A stretch of 64,000 nucleotides of DNA from assembly GCA_900314845.1 (NCBI GenBank), contig OMWV01000054.1:21631-85630 (forward strand), given 5' to 3'. Made by a program: the position numbers and the translations under genes. This DNA comes from an uncultured Eubacteriales bacterium. GTDB lineage: Bacteria > Bacillota > Clostridia > Lachnospirales > Lachnospiraceae. Below are positions 8,220 to 17,679 of this stretch, one piece after another; the first letter of the stretch is position 1, and each line of letters starts with the position of its first letter. The notes under the pieces are model-generated. The model saw only the letters and a program-made list of their open reading frames with translations, ran no database searches and had not been told where the DNA came from.

Positions 8220-9842
8220 TTATGATTCCTGTTTGACCTCGTGATCGCTCCAGGAATCCACGGAGCCGGCTCCCGAGAGATCTGCCTTTGTGCTGCAGCT
8301 CTTCACGGTAATGGTATAGCTGCTGTCGCCGGATACGTAGACAGTTCCGTCTGTTCCTTTTATTGTGACAGTCTTGCCGTCAGTATCCTTTATGGTGCCT
8401 GCGTTGTACAGATTCGTCAGCGTGCTGTCGCCCGTGACGGTCCATGTCGATGTTTTATCTATATAAAGGTTCGCGTGGCCGTCCCCGCCGTTTCCGGCGT
8501 CACTCTCATCGTCTGTGAAAGCGCCCTTGAGGGTGCTGCCCTCTGTCATGTAGAAGTCGAGATCAGAGATGGAATCCCAGATCACATCTCCCTGCATATC
8601 CTGGGAAATGCCGGTGAAGACGCAGTCGGCGCCGTTGCTGCCGCTCGTTCCCCAGCCGCGCTCATTGCTGTTGCCGGTCACGCGCAGGAAGAAATCATTG
8701 TCGTCCGCGTATGTGATATCGACATCCTTGAGCGTGAAGGTGGACTGGGTGTTCGTCGTGTAGAACATGCCGCCATTCTTTGCTGTCAGCGTGCCGCCGT
8801 CCATCTGGAATGTAGAATTGCCTTCCTCGGAATCACCGGACATGGACTGATAGAGGATGACGTTCCATGTGAGGCCGTTCTGGGAAAGGTCTGCCATATT
8901 TCCGCTCAGATTGCAGTTATACAGGCGGACCTGGTTGTCGCCCTCTATGCAGACAGCCTCGGAACCATTCGCTGTCAGGTCCGCGTCGTGGACGCTGATG
9001 TCCGCTGTCGAGTAGACAGCCGGTGATCCGCTGCCGTTTGATGTGTAGCTGCCGCCGTCTACGACCATGGTGCCGCCGCCTCGGTCGGAGCGGATGGCCG
9101 CGGAGGATTCTCCGCTTGTCTCTACGGTATTATTCCATGCGTAAAGCTTGCCGCCGCCCGCGGCGTGGATGCCGCCGGACGTATCCTGGGACGTTTTTAT
9201 CGTGCAGTCGGAGACATAGCTTACCCCGTCTCCATAGGAAAATACGCCTGCTGCGCCTTTTGCGTCTGTCGTTATGGTGCTGCCGCTGACTTTCGTTGTG
9301 CCCGAAGTCGTAAGGACCGCCGCGCCGACACCGTAAAAGCTGGAATTGTCGCCGCCGGTCGAATCATCGGAATCCCTGCTGATCTTTGAGTCATTGATCA
9401 CCACCGACGCGCCGTCATTATGCACTGCATTTTCATCTGTGCCGGTGGAGGAGATGGTCTTGCCCTTAAGCTTCGTATCCGATGTATAAGTATTCACCGC
9501 GTCGTAGCTTTCCGGCTGAGAAGATCCCCCGCCTGGGCTGCCCTGCCCGGGAGCGCCTCCCTGACCTTCGGATCCGCCCTGACCCGGAGCTCCGTCAGGC
9601 GGGCTCTGCATACCCTCCTTGTTCTCTGAGCCTGCAGCTGACGCGGAAGCGTCTTTTGACCCACTCTGCGAAGCCGCTGCATCCCCGGTCTCATTCTGCG
9701 GAGCCGCCGTATCAGTAGTTTCTGCCTGAGAAGCAGATTCCGCCGATGTGGAGGAAGCTGCCGATCCACACGCTGAGAGAGCCGGCATCATGCTCATCAT
9801 CAGAGCTGCCGCTGCTATAGCAAATTGTTTCGATCTCTTCAT
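8220..9842 (-). CDS. Surface lipoprotein with a low-complexity Ser/Ala/Gly-rich linker and a right-handed beta-helix-like repeat body (Cthe_2159-type carbohydrate-binding-like)
   Basis: The signal peptide and lipobox are MKRSKQFAIAAAALMMSMMPALSAC. Repeated units of the form xxGxSxVxxxxSxIxT occur throughout. A GGAAAGGGTG RBS precedes ATG 9842. Confidence 0.65.
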   Translation of the reverse strand: MKRSKQFAIAAAALMMSMMPALSACGSAASSTSAESASQAETTDTAAPQNETGDAAASQSGSKDASASAAGSENKEGMQSPPDGAPGQGGSEGQGGAPGQGSPGGGSSQPESYDAVNTYTSDTKLKGKTISSTGTDENAVHNDGASVVINDSKISRDSDDSTGGDNSSFYGVGAAVLTTSGTTKVSGSTITTDAKGAAGVFSYGDGVSYVSDCTIKTSQDTSGGIHAAGGGKLYAWNNTVETSGESSAAIRSDRGGGTMVVDGGSYTSNGSGSPAVYSTADISVHDADLTANGSEAVCIEGDNQVRLYNCNLSGNMADLSQNGLTWNVILYQSMSGDSEEGNSTFQMDGGTLTAKNGGMFYTTNTQSTFTLKDVDITYADDNDFFLRVTGNSNERGWGTSGSNGADCVFTGISQDMQGDVIWDSISDLDFYMTEGSTLKGAFTDDESDAGNGGDGHANLYIDKTSTWTVTGDSTLTNLYNAGTIKDTDGKTVTIKGTDGTVYVSGDSSYTITVKSCSTKADLSGAGSVDSWSDHEVKQES

Positions 9843-9986
9843 GACCATCACCCTTTCCTGGAATCGTCTGTTCTTTCGGTTTACCAACCTTGCTTAAAGA
9901 ATACAGGGTGACTGTTAAGCTTCTGTGAACAGGAGATGAGCAGAGTGTGAAGCCTGATCTCTGCAATTTTCTTATGCGGCGGCCCT

Positions 9987-10502
9987 TCAGGTCTCTTCCT
10001 CTAAGATATTCCGGTGATGGACAGAGGTTGAGAAAGCGATGAGCGTCTTCGTGCGCCCGAACTGCTGCAGCTCGTTTACCAGGTGGTCCAGTTCCTCCGG
10101 CCTTCTGTAGAGGACCTGGATGAGCATAGAATAGTCCCCTGTGACGCAGCTGCACTCCACGACATTGGGAATACTCTTTATAAAGGGATAGAACTGGGGT
10201 TTATCCTTTGGTTCCACCTCCAGGTTGATAAAAGCGCGGATGGTATAGCCAAGAAGAGAATAGTCTATATCGGGGATGAAGCCGCGGATGATGCCGGCTT
10301 CCTCCATCCTGCGGATCCGGTTTGTCACTGCCGGTGAGGAGAGAAAGATCTCCTTTGCTATATCCTTTGCGGACATGCGGGCGTTGTGCTGGAGCAGATG
10401 CAGGATCTTCCTGTCTGTTTTGTCAAATTTATATTCTCTGCTGTGCCCGCTGCCTTCCCGCGGACTTTCGACTTCTGTCTTTGTGTACTCGGTATCTGCC
10501 AT
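9987..10502 (-). CDS. Lrp/AsnC-family transcriptional regulator
   Basis: The HTH is DRKILHLLQHNARMSAKDIAKEIFLSSPAVTNRIRRMEEAGIIRGF, followed by a RAM/AsnC_trans_reg C-terminal domain. It is divergent from aspA. Confidence 0.9.
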   Translation of the reverse strand: MADTEYTKTEVESPREGSGHSREYKFDKTDRKILHLLQHNARMSAKDIAKEIFLSSPAVTNRIRRMEEAGIIRGFIPDIDYSLLGYTIRAFINLEVEPKDKPQFYPFIKSIPNVVECSCVTGDYSMLIQVLYRRPEELDHLVNELQQFGRTKTLIAFSTSVHHRNILEEET

Positions 10503-10713
10503 GATCAGGCCTCCTTTTATAAGACCTATTTTAAGTCTGATTTTTCATTTTTACAAGAAAAACTTTAATAAAATAAAGTTTAAACCCTGGAAACATCAAA
10601 TAATTAGGGATTTAACTTTATGATTTACAGTTTTCGATTTTTGGTATAAGGTTACTCACATAAAGAAAAAACCTCTGACACTTGCAGTCATACTAGAAAG
10701 TGAGGAAAAGCAA

Positions 10714-12114
10714 ATGGAAATGAAAATGAGGATGGAAGCAGATTCGATAGGAACCATGCCTGTACCGGCAGAAGACTACTACGGCGTGCAGGCGCAGCGG
10801 GCGGAGCGAAATTTTCAGATCACCGGATACCGGATGTCACCCGCTTTTCTTCAGAATCTGGCGCTCATAAAAAAGGCAGCAGCCATCGTGAACTGGGAAG
10901 CCGGCCTGATGGACAAAGACAAGGCAGGGGCTGTCATCCGTTCGGCAGATGAGGTCATGGCCGGCGCCTTTGCCGATGCTTTCATCGTCGATCCGGTCCA
11001 GGGCGGGGCTGGTACCAGCGCAAATATGAACATGAACGAGGTCATTGCCAACAGGGCAAATGAGCTTCTGGGAGGCCATCTGGGCGCCTATGACAAGGTA
11101 CATCCCAATGACCATGTGAATATGGCTCAGTCCACAAACGACGTCATACCCACAGCCGGCAAGATGACGGTCATTACGCTTATGCGTCCCCTCCTTCATG
11201 AACTTGACCGCTTAGGCCGCGCCCTGGAAGAAAGGAGCCGCGCCTTTGAAGATGTCATAAAGATGGGCCGGACCCAGCTGCAGGATGCCGTTCCCATGAC
11301 GCTGGGCGAGTCATTTGGCGGCTATTCCTCCATGGTCCGCCGCTGCAGGCAGCGTCTTGAGAGGGCCTGCAGGGAGATGAGGATCGTAAACCTTGGCGGG
11401 ACCGCGATCGGTTCCGGGATAAATGCATCCCCCTATTACGAATCCCATATCGTCCCCCGTCTCAGCCGCCTCTTCGGCACAGACCTGAGGCAGGCGGACG
11501 ATCTTTTTGACGCAACAGAGAATCTGGATTCCTTCGTTGAAGTTTCCGGCGCTCTCAAGGCCTGCGCCATCAGCCTTTCCAAAATGTGCAATGACCTGCG
11601 TCTTCTGTCATCAGGCCCCCGCTGCGGCCTGAACGAGATAAACCTGCCGCCCATGCAGAACGGTTCTTCTATCATGCCCGGCAAGGTAAATCCCGTTATC
11701 CCTGAGGTTGTGAACCAGGCTGCCTTCCTTGTCGCCGGACATGACACGACGATAGCCATGGCGGCGGAGGCGGGCCAGATGGAGCTGAACGCCTTCGAAC
11801 CTGTCGTATTTTATCAGCTCTTTGAATCTATTACGGCCATGACCGGCGCCGTGCAGACGCTGACAGACAACTGTATCAGAGGCATAACGGCAAACGCGCA
11901 GCACTGCGCAGAGCTGGAAGAGGGCAGCGCAGGCATAGCCACAGCCCTTTGCCCGGCTCTTGGCTACAGAAAATCTGCCGAGATCGCGAAAAAAGCCCTG
12001 CGCGAGAACAGGACGGTACGCGATATCGTGCTGGAGGAGAAGCTTATGCCGGCGGATGAGCTGGACAGGCTTTTGAACCCCCGGACAATGACCCGCGTCA
12101 AGAAGAGTGCGTAA
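10714..12114 (+). CDS. aspA: Aspartate ammonia-lyase
   Basis: It is a class II fumarase/aspartase with the signature GSSIMPGKVNPVIPEVVNQ, which is the aspartase-type PVIPEV rather than fumarase PTQCE. TNDVIPTA is also present. Confidence 0.88.
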   Translation: MEMKMRMEADSIGTMPVPAEDYYGVQAQRAERNFQITGYRMSPAFLQNLALIKKAAAIVNWEAGLMDKDKAGAVIRSADEVMAGAFADAFIVDPVQGGAGTSANMNMNEVIANRANELLGGHLGAYDKVHPNDHVNMAQSTNDVIPTAGKMTVITLMRPLLHELDRLGRALEERSRAFEDVIKMGRTQLQDAVPMTLGESFGGYSSMVRRCRQRLERACREMRIVNLGGTAIGSGINASPYYESHIVPRLSRLFGTDLRQADDLFDATENLDSFVEVSGALKACAISLSKMCNDLRLLSSGPRCGLNEINLPPMQNGSSIMPGKVNPVIPEVVNQAAFLVAGHDTTIAMAAEAGQMELNAFEPVVFYQLFESITAMTGAVQTLTDNCIRGITANAQHCAELEEGSAGIATALCPALGYRKSAEIAKKALRENRTVRDIVLEEKLMPADELDRLLNPRTMTRVKKSA

Positions 12115-12140
12115 ACAATGAAAAATATTTGCTGCAGAGG

Positions 12141-12854
12141 ATGGTGAGCTTTTTGAAGAGAAAAGTGATCGGCGTTATGCCTTTATATGATGATGAGAGG
12201 GAGAGTTATTGGATGCTCCCCGGATACATAAATATGCTGGAAGCGGCGGGAGCCGTGCCGGTCATGCTTCCGCTTACATCCAACAAGGACGAACTGGATT
12301 ATTTCCTTGAGATCTGCGGCGGATTTCTTCTGACCGGCGGGCATGATGTGTCCCCATCCCTCTATGGCGCCCAGGAAGAAATCTGGTGTGGTTCCTGCTG
12401 CGGGGAACGAGATGAGATGGAAGAGTACATCTTAAAATGTGCTGTAGACCGGGGCAGATCTGTCCTGGGCATATGCAGGGGCATCCAGCTGATGAACGCC
12501 GTCTACGGGGGAACCCTGTATCAGGACCTGGAAAAAGAATATATGAGCAGCATTGACCACCATATGAAGCCGCCCTATGACCGGACAGCTCATATGAATC
12601 TGGTAAAAAAGGACACTCCGCTTTTTGATATATTGAAAAAAGAGCAGATTGGGGTAAACAGCTACCACCACCAGGCGGTAAAAGATGTCTCGCCTTCTTT
12701 TCAGACGATGGCAGTCTCCGAAGATGGACTGGTTGAGGGCATCTATATGCCCTCTGCCCGGTTTGTCATGGGCGTCCAGTGGCATCCGGAATTCTCATAT
12801 GGATCGGATGAAAACAGCAGAAAACTTGTAAAAGCATTTGTGACATCTGTGTAA
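12141..12854 (+). CDS. Gamma-glutamyl-GABA hydrolase-like class I glutamine amidotransferase (peptidase C26)
   Basis: The nucleophile elbow is GICRGIQLMN. SYHHQAV and VQWHPE are also present. The exact start is uncertain: TTG 12129, ATG 12141 or TTG 12153. Confidence 0.85.
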   Translation: MVSFLKRKVIGVMPLYDDERESYWMLPGYINMLEAAGAVPVMLPLTSNKDELDYFLEICGGFLLTGGHDVSPSLYGAQEEIWCGSCCGERDEMEEYILKCAVDRGRSVLGICRGIQLMNAVYGGTLYQDLEKEYMSSIDHHMKPPYDRTAHMNLVKKDTPLFDILKKEQIGVNSYHHQAVKDVSPSFQTMAVSEDGLVEGIYMPSARFVMGVQWHPEFSYGSDENSRKLVKAFVTSV

Positions 12855-12900
12855 TCCTATCTGAAGGAGCGATCATGACTCGGTTTATCGCGGGTGTGCG

Positions 12901-12942
12901 GCCTGCAGGTCTCTCACGGGAGGGCCTGCAGGCTCTTTTTTT
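12901..12942 (+). terminator. Rho-independent terminator
   Basis: A perfect 9-bp stem, gcctgcagg ... cctgcaggc, is followed by a T7 run. Confidence 0.75.
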
Positions 12943-13043
12943 CGCCGGCGTGAAATGAGATATTATATTGTGATGATTATATGGTATAATATGCTGGCAG
13001 TTGTTTATTGATATTTAAGAAAGACATTTTGAGAGAAAAACAC

Positions 13044-13955
13044 ATGTACGTAAATAATATTTTGGATCTGATCGGCCAGACACCGCTTTTATCACTGGAA
13101 GATTCCCTGGGCGCCAGGATCTTCGCAAAGGCAGAATTCCTGAATCCCGGGGGAAGCATAAAGGACCGGATCGCGCTTCATATGATAGAGACAGCGGAAA
13201 AGGACGGCAGGCTGAAAAAGGGAATGACGATCATAGAGCCAACAAGCGGCAACACCGGAATCGGTCTCGCATTTGTCGGCCTTCGAAAGGGATACCCTGT
13301 CATCATCGTCATGCCGGAAAATATGAGCGAGGAGCGCAAAGTCCTGATCCGGGCTCTGGGTGCTCAATTGATCCTGACGCCGGCAGAAAAAAGCATAGCC
13401 GGCTCTGTGGAAGAAGCACAAAGGATCGCGGCTTCCTCGAATCAGTATTTTATGCCGCAGCAGTTTGAAAACCAGGCAAATCCTCAGGCGCATTTTCTGA
13501 CGACAGCCGCCGAGATAGACCGGCAGATGGAGGGTGAGAAAGTAGATATCCTCGTATACGGCGTCGGAAGCGGCGGCACCCTGCAGGGCCTGGCTTCTTA
13601 TTTTCTTAAGAAGAATCCTGCCTGCAGGATCTGCGCTGCAGAGCCGGCCGGCGTCTCTGTTCTTCTGGGCCAGAAGCCCGGCCATCACGAGATCCAGGGC
13701 ATTGGCGACGGCTTCATACCGCAGGTTCTGGATACCGGCTGCATCACGGATATCGTAGAGGTCTCTGACGAGGATGCCATAGAGACAGCGCGTTCGCTCT
13801 CCAAAGTCCAGGGACTGCTCGTCGGCATTTCCTCAGGGGCAAATATCTTCGCAGCCCTTAAAATGGCAGAGAAATATGGGAAAGATAAGGTCATCGTCAC
13901 AGTCCTGGCAGACCGGATGGAGCGGTATTTCTCCACACCGCTTGCGGGGGAATAG
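13044..13955 (+). CDS. cysK: Cysteine synthase A (O-acetylserine sulfhydrylase)
   Basis: Motifs are LIGQTPLL, NPGGSIKDR (PLP lysine), PTSGNTGIGLA and GISSGAN. A TGgTATAAT extended -10 lies about 50 nt upstream. Confidence 0.9.
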   Translation: MYVNNILDLIGQTPLLSLEDSLGARIFAKAEFLNPGGSIKDRIALHMIETAEKDGRLKKGMTIIEPTSGNTGIGLAFVGLRKGYPVIIVMPENMSEERKVLIRALGAQLILTPAEKSIAGSVEEAQRIAASSNQYFMPQQFENQANPQAHFLTTAAEIDRQMEGEKVDILVYGVGSGGTLQGLASYFLKKNPACRICAAEPAGVSVLLGQKPGHHEIQGIGDGFIPQVLDTGCITDIVEVSDEDAIETARSLSKVQGLLVGISSGANIFAALKMAEKYGKDKVIVTVLADRMERYFSTPLAGE

Positions 13956-14202
13956 ACAGTCCGGTTTCATTATTCATACTGTCTGTTGATTGATAGGAAA
14001 GGGAAAAAGTGGCTGAGTTTGATTTGCAGGAATATCTTGTCCAGGGTGTTGAGCACACTGTGAAAGAAGCAAATTCTCATGGCGGAGCGGAGCCTTGTCC
14101 ATTTTCCCCCTATTCTGATATAAATGTCAAAGAAACCTCTCTGCGGGAAGAAGAGCTGCTTCATCACTGATTTCCATGATAAATGAACCAGCCCTCCTTT
14201 TA

Positions 14203-15342
14203 TCATGAATTGATCATATAAAGTCTCATGACCTGCTCTACGGTATCTATCATGTTCTGGCGGGCATTTTCCGGATCCATCGCCTCCTGGAGGGTGGATA
14301 CGCCGCGCAGGATAGGGAAAAATGCGTCTATCCCGTGCTCATTGCAGGCCCTGGCGTCTTTTGTTACGCTTCCGGCAAATGCGATAACAGGCTTGCCGTA
14401 TTTTCTGGCTATATCCGCGACTCCGGCGGGCGCTTTGCCCATAACGGTCTGAGCGTCCAGACGGCCTTCGCCGGTGATAACCAGGTCAGCGTCCTTTATG
14501 TAGTCCTCAAGATGGGTCTCCTCGAGGACGATGCGGATGCCGGATTCAAGAACAGCATTTGTGAAAGTCATAAAGGCAAATCCCAGACCGCCTGCGGCTC
14601 CGGCTCCTGCCAGATCAGGGTCTGCGGTAGGGAAAGTCTTTGCGGCTAGGTCTGCGTAGGAGAGCAGCCAGCGGTCCATCTGCATGATCATGGTCGGGTC
14701 GGCTCCCTTCTGTGGTCCATAGACAGCGCTCGCCCCCTGCTCACCGCAGAGAGGATTTGTCACGTCGCAGGCAATGCAAAAGCTGCAGTCTTTCAGCTCG
14801 GGGATGACGCTGTCATCCGTGATCCGGGCCAAGGTCTTCAGCCCTTCTGCCCCCAGGGGAACCTGATTGCCATTGCCATCCAGCAGGCCAAAGCCAAGAG
14901 CCTGGAGCATGCCGATCCCTCCGTCATTTGTCACGGAGCCGCCCAGTCCGAATATGAAATGCCGGCAGCCCTTGCGGATGGCGTCTATGATCATCTCTCC
15001 GACCCCGTATGTCGTTGCTTTGAGAGGATTTTTCTCATGGTCTGACACCAGAGTGATGCCGGCTGCCTGTGACATTTCCATGATGGCAGTTCTGCCGTCA
15101 TTCAGGATCCCGTACTGAGCCTGTACCATATCTCCCAGGGGTCCTGTCACCTTAACCGTCTGCATGGCTCCTCCTATGCCCAGAGTCAGCGCTTCCACAG
15201 TTCCCTCTCCTCCGTCTGCCAGCGGACGGACCTGGACCTGAGCGGACGGATCTGCCCTTAATATCCCTTCACGGATGGCATCTCCTGCCTCCAGAGAACT
15301 CATGGAACCCTTGAGTGAATCTATCGCTACAACTGCCTTCAT
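14203..15342 (-). CDS. glxK: Glycerate kinase
   Basis: MKAVVAIDSLKGSMSS..., ADGGEGT, GGSVTNDGG and ITGEGRLDAQT are typical of the glycerate kinase family. A CAGGAGG RBS precedes the start. Confidence 0.9.
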   Translation of the reverse strand: MKAVVAIDSLKGSMSSLEAGDAIREGILRADPSAQVQVRPLADGGEGTVEALTLGIGGAMQTVKVTGPLGDMVQAQYGILNDGRTAIMEMSQAAGITLVSDHEKNPLKATTYGVGEMIIDAIRKGCRHFIFGLGGSVTNDGGIGMLQALGFGLLDGNGNQVPLGAEGLKTLARITDDSVIPELKDCSFCIACDVTNPLCGEQGASAVYGPQKGADPTMIMQMDRWLLSYADLAAKTFPTADPDLAGAGAAGGLGFAFMTFTNAVLESGIRIVLEETHLEDYIKDADLVITGEGRLDAQTVMGKAPAGVADIARKYGKPVIAFAGSVTKDARACNEHGIDAFFPILRGVSTLQEAMDPENARQNMIDTVEQVMRLYMINS

Positions 15343-15502
15343 GGTATCTACCTCCTGTTTTATGGATTTCCGGTCTTTTTTCTATTGTTAGAATACTCTC
15401 ATTCTGTCATAATAGATATGTCTGAAAAGACATAATATGGCAAAAATATGCGAAATTATATATCTGAAGTGACATATATTTCTGCAGAGAAAGGAGAAGC
15501 CT

Positions 15503-16594
15503 GTGAACATAGACAGTAAAACTGCCCGGCAGATCGTCGATACGATAAGAGATGTCTGCGGCCATGATATCAATTTTATCCGCCCGGACGGGAAGATCCT
15601 GGCCAGCACGGACCCGGTGCGTGTTGGAACATTTCACGAGATCGGCAGACAGGCGGCCCGGCAGGGGCAGATGCTGGAGGTGGCTGAGGATGATGCCTTC
15701 TACGGAACCCAGAAGGGGGTAAATCTTCCCTTTTTCTGGCGGGGAGAGTGCCAGGCGGTCATAGGGATCAGCGGGGATCCGGATCAGGTCAGGAAATATG
15801 CCATCCTTGCCCGCAAGGTCACGGGACTTATATTCAGAGAGCGGGAACTTATGATGAGCAGCCGCAGCCGCCAGGAAGAGGCCAGGGCTGTCATCCAGGC
15901 CCTCCTATACGGCCAGTCTATCCGGAAGGAAAACCTGACGGATTTTCTTCAGAAATATGGTCTTACAGAGACAGATTCCTGCCGGACTCTGATCATCCGG
16001 GTGGACACCGGGGCAGAAGGGCCGGATACAGATTTGATCGGACAGGATATTCGCAGGATTTTTGAAAATGCCGGCAGCCGGCTCTGGCTTTTTGAGTATC
16101 CGGATCGGTATATTCTGATAGAGGAGAAAAAACGGCTGAAGGAGAATTCTTTTCGTTTTGACCGTCTGCTTGACAAATGGGGCCCATGCCTTGACATTGG
16201 CATTGGCGGCCTGCACAGGCTGAAAGACCAGAGACTGTCAGAGCGCGAGGCACAGATCGCACTTTCCTCTCTTTCTTCCCGCCTCCCTGACAGCGGCAGG
16301 AGGCTTGTCTGTTACGATGAACTGGATCTGGAGATCCTGCTTGGCGCGCTGCCCGGGGATGTGAAAGAAAGTTTTTCTGGAAAAATCCTTGGCGGCCTGG
16401 ACCAGAAGGCACTACGCTGCCTGGCGGTATATTTTTCCTGTGACTGCCGCCTGAAAGAGGCCGCCCATGCCCTTTTCATCCATGAGAATACGCTGAAATA
16501 TCAGCTGGACCGGGTCAGGAAGATGACAGGCTTTGACCCCAGAAATTTCCGCCAGGCTCAGATCCTCTATCTGGCTATGCAGGTAAAGGGCTGA
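15503..16594 (+). CDS. CdaR/PucR-type sugar-diacid regulator
   Basis: The N-terminal diacid-recognition-like domain reads ARQIVDTIRDVCGHDINFIRPDGKILAS. The C-terminal PucR HTH reads HENTLKYQLDRVRKMTG. It has a GTG start with an AAAGGAGAAG RBS and is divergent from glycerate kinase. Confidence 0.85.
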   Translation: MNIDSKTARQIVDTIRDVCGHDINFIRPDGKILASTDPVRVGTFHEIGRQAARQGQMLEVAEDDAFYGTQKGVNLPFFWRGECQAVIGISGDPDQVRKYAILARKVTGLIFRERELMMSSRSRQEEARAVIQALLYGQSIRKENLTDFLQKYGLTETDSCRTLIIRVDTGAEGPDTDLIGQDIRRIFENAGSRLWLFEYPDRYILIEEKKRLKENSFRFDRLLDKWGPCLDIGIGGLHRLKDQRLSEREAQIALSSLSSRLPDSGRRLVCYDELDLEILLGALPGDVKESFSGKILGGLDQKALRCLAVYFSCDCRLKEAAHALFIHENTLKYQLDRVRKMTGFDPRNFRQAQILYLAMQVKG

Positions 16595-16625
16595 GAGAGG
16601 AAGCGGGTCTCCTCTTATTTTTTAT
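16595..16625 (+). terminator. Rho-independent terminator
   Basis: The hairpin agagga-agcgggtc-tcctct is followed by tatttttta. Confidence 0.55.
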
Positions 16626-16741
16626 GCGATACCAAATAGATACCATATAGATCCCGTATTGACAATATGGTAACATTGATGTATTATATTGGCATAAAGC
16701 AAACTGCCAGGTGATTTCAGAGTAAGGAAAGGGGTATATTT

Positions 16742-17566
16742 ATGAAGCTGGAAGAGATGAAGAGAAGGAAGCAGGAGCTTGGTTATTCCCTGTCAGATCT
16801 TGCCCGGATATCGGGTGTTCCTCTGGGGACTGTGCGCAAGGTATTCTGCGGGCAGACGAAGAGTCCCAGGCGAGGTACGATAGAGAAGCTGGAGGCCGTT
16901 CTAAGGGATGAGTCCGTCTATTATGCCAGACAGGAGGGCAGTGATTCTCTTGTTTGTGAACCGGCAGGCTCTTATGATGCTCAGGCACAGCAGCCGGATA
17001 ACCCTTATGGATCCAAGATGCAGGGCCAGTATACTGTGGAGGACTATCTTGCCCTGCCCGATGACAAGCGCTATGAGTTGATAGACGGTGTTATCTATGA
17101 GATGGCTTCTCCCTCTTCGAACCATCAGGTGCTTGCCGGCTATCTTTATTATCGGCTGATGTCCTGTGCTGAAGAGCACAAAACGGAATGCTATCCTTAT
17201 ATAGCGCCGCTGGATGTTCAGCTGGACAAGGATAACCGGACTATGGTGCAGCCGGATGTGATCATCTGCTGTGATCCCGCTCTCAACATAGGCCCGAGAC
17301 TGTTTGGAGCCCCGGAGTTTCTTGCTGAGGTCCTGTCTCCATCCTCGAGAAAGCGTGATATCTTCATAAAGCTGGCGAAATATAAGAACGCCGGCGTGAA
17401 GGAGTACTGGATCATTGACCCGGAGCACCAGAAGGTGATCGTCTACCTGTTCGAAAGAGATGATGAGATCAATCTTTATACATTTGACGATGAGATACCG
17501 GTCGCCGTTTCGCAGGGGATCTGTCAGATCTCCTTTGCCCAGGTCAAGGAGCGGCTGATAAGATAA
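16742..17566 (+). CDS. XRE-type HTH fused to a Uma2 (DUF820) PD-(D/E)xK endonuclease-like domain
   Basis: The N-terminus is LGYSLSDLARISGVPLGTVRKVFCGQTKSPRRGTIEKL. After a linker the Uma2 pattern follows: YTVEDYLALPDDKRYELIDGVIYEMASPS...QPDVIICCD...APEFLAEVLSPSS...KYKNAGVKEYWIIDP. Confidence 0.8.
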   Translation: MKLEEMKRRKQELGYSLSDLARISGVPLGTVRKVFCGQTKSPRRGTIEKLEAVLRDESVYYARQEGSDSLVCEPAGSYDAQAQQPDNPYGSKMQGQYTVEDYLALPDDKRYELIDGVIYEMASPSSNHQVLAGYLYYRLMSCAEEHKTECYPYIAPLDVQLDKDNRTMVQPDVIICCDPALNIGPRLFGAPEFLAEVLSPSSRKRDIFIKLAKYKNAGVKEYWIIDPEHQKVIVYLFERDDEINLYTFDDEIPVAVSQGICQISFAQVKERLIR

Positions 17567-17679
17567 GATTTCCGGGCATTGGCAGGGGAAGAAGAGAATT
17601 TTGTAAAATTATCCTCAGACTCTTGTAATATCATCTTTCGATATGTGATAATGATTTGTGCGATAAATGAATCGCGCGA

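Noticed and set aside
13970-14206. A 78-aa minus-strand ORF and a plus-strand open stretch (AEFDLQEYLVQGVEHTVKEA...) in the cysK / glycerate kinase convergent gap.
   Set aside because: There is no RBS and no recognisable motif in either frame. It could be a gene remnant, but I cannot support any call.
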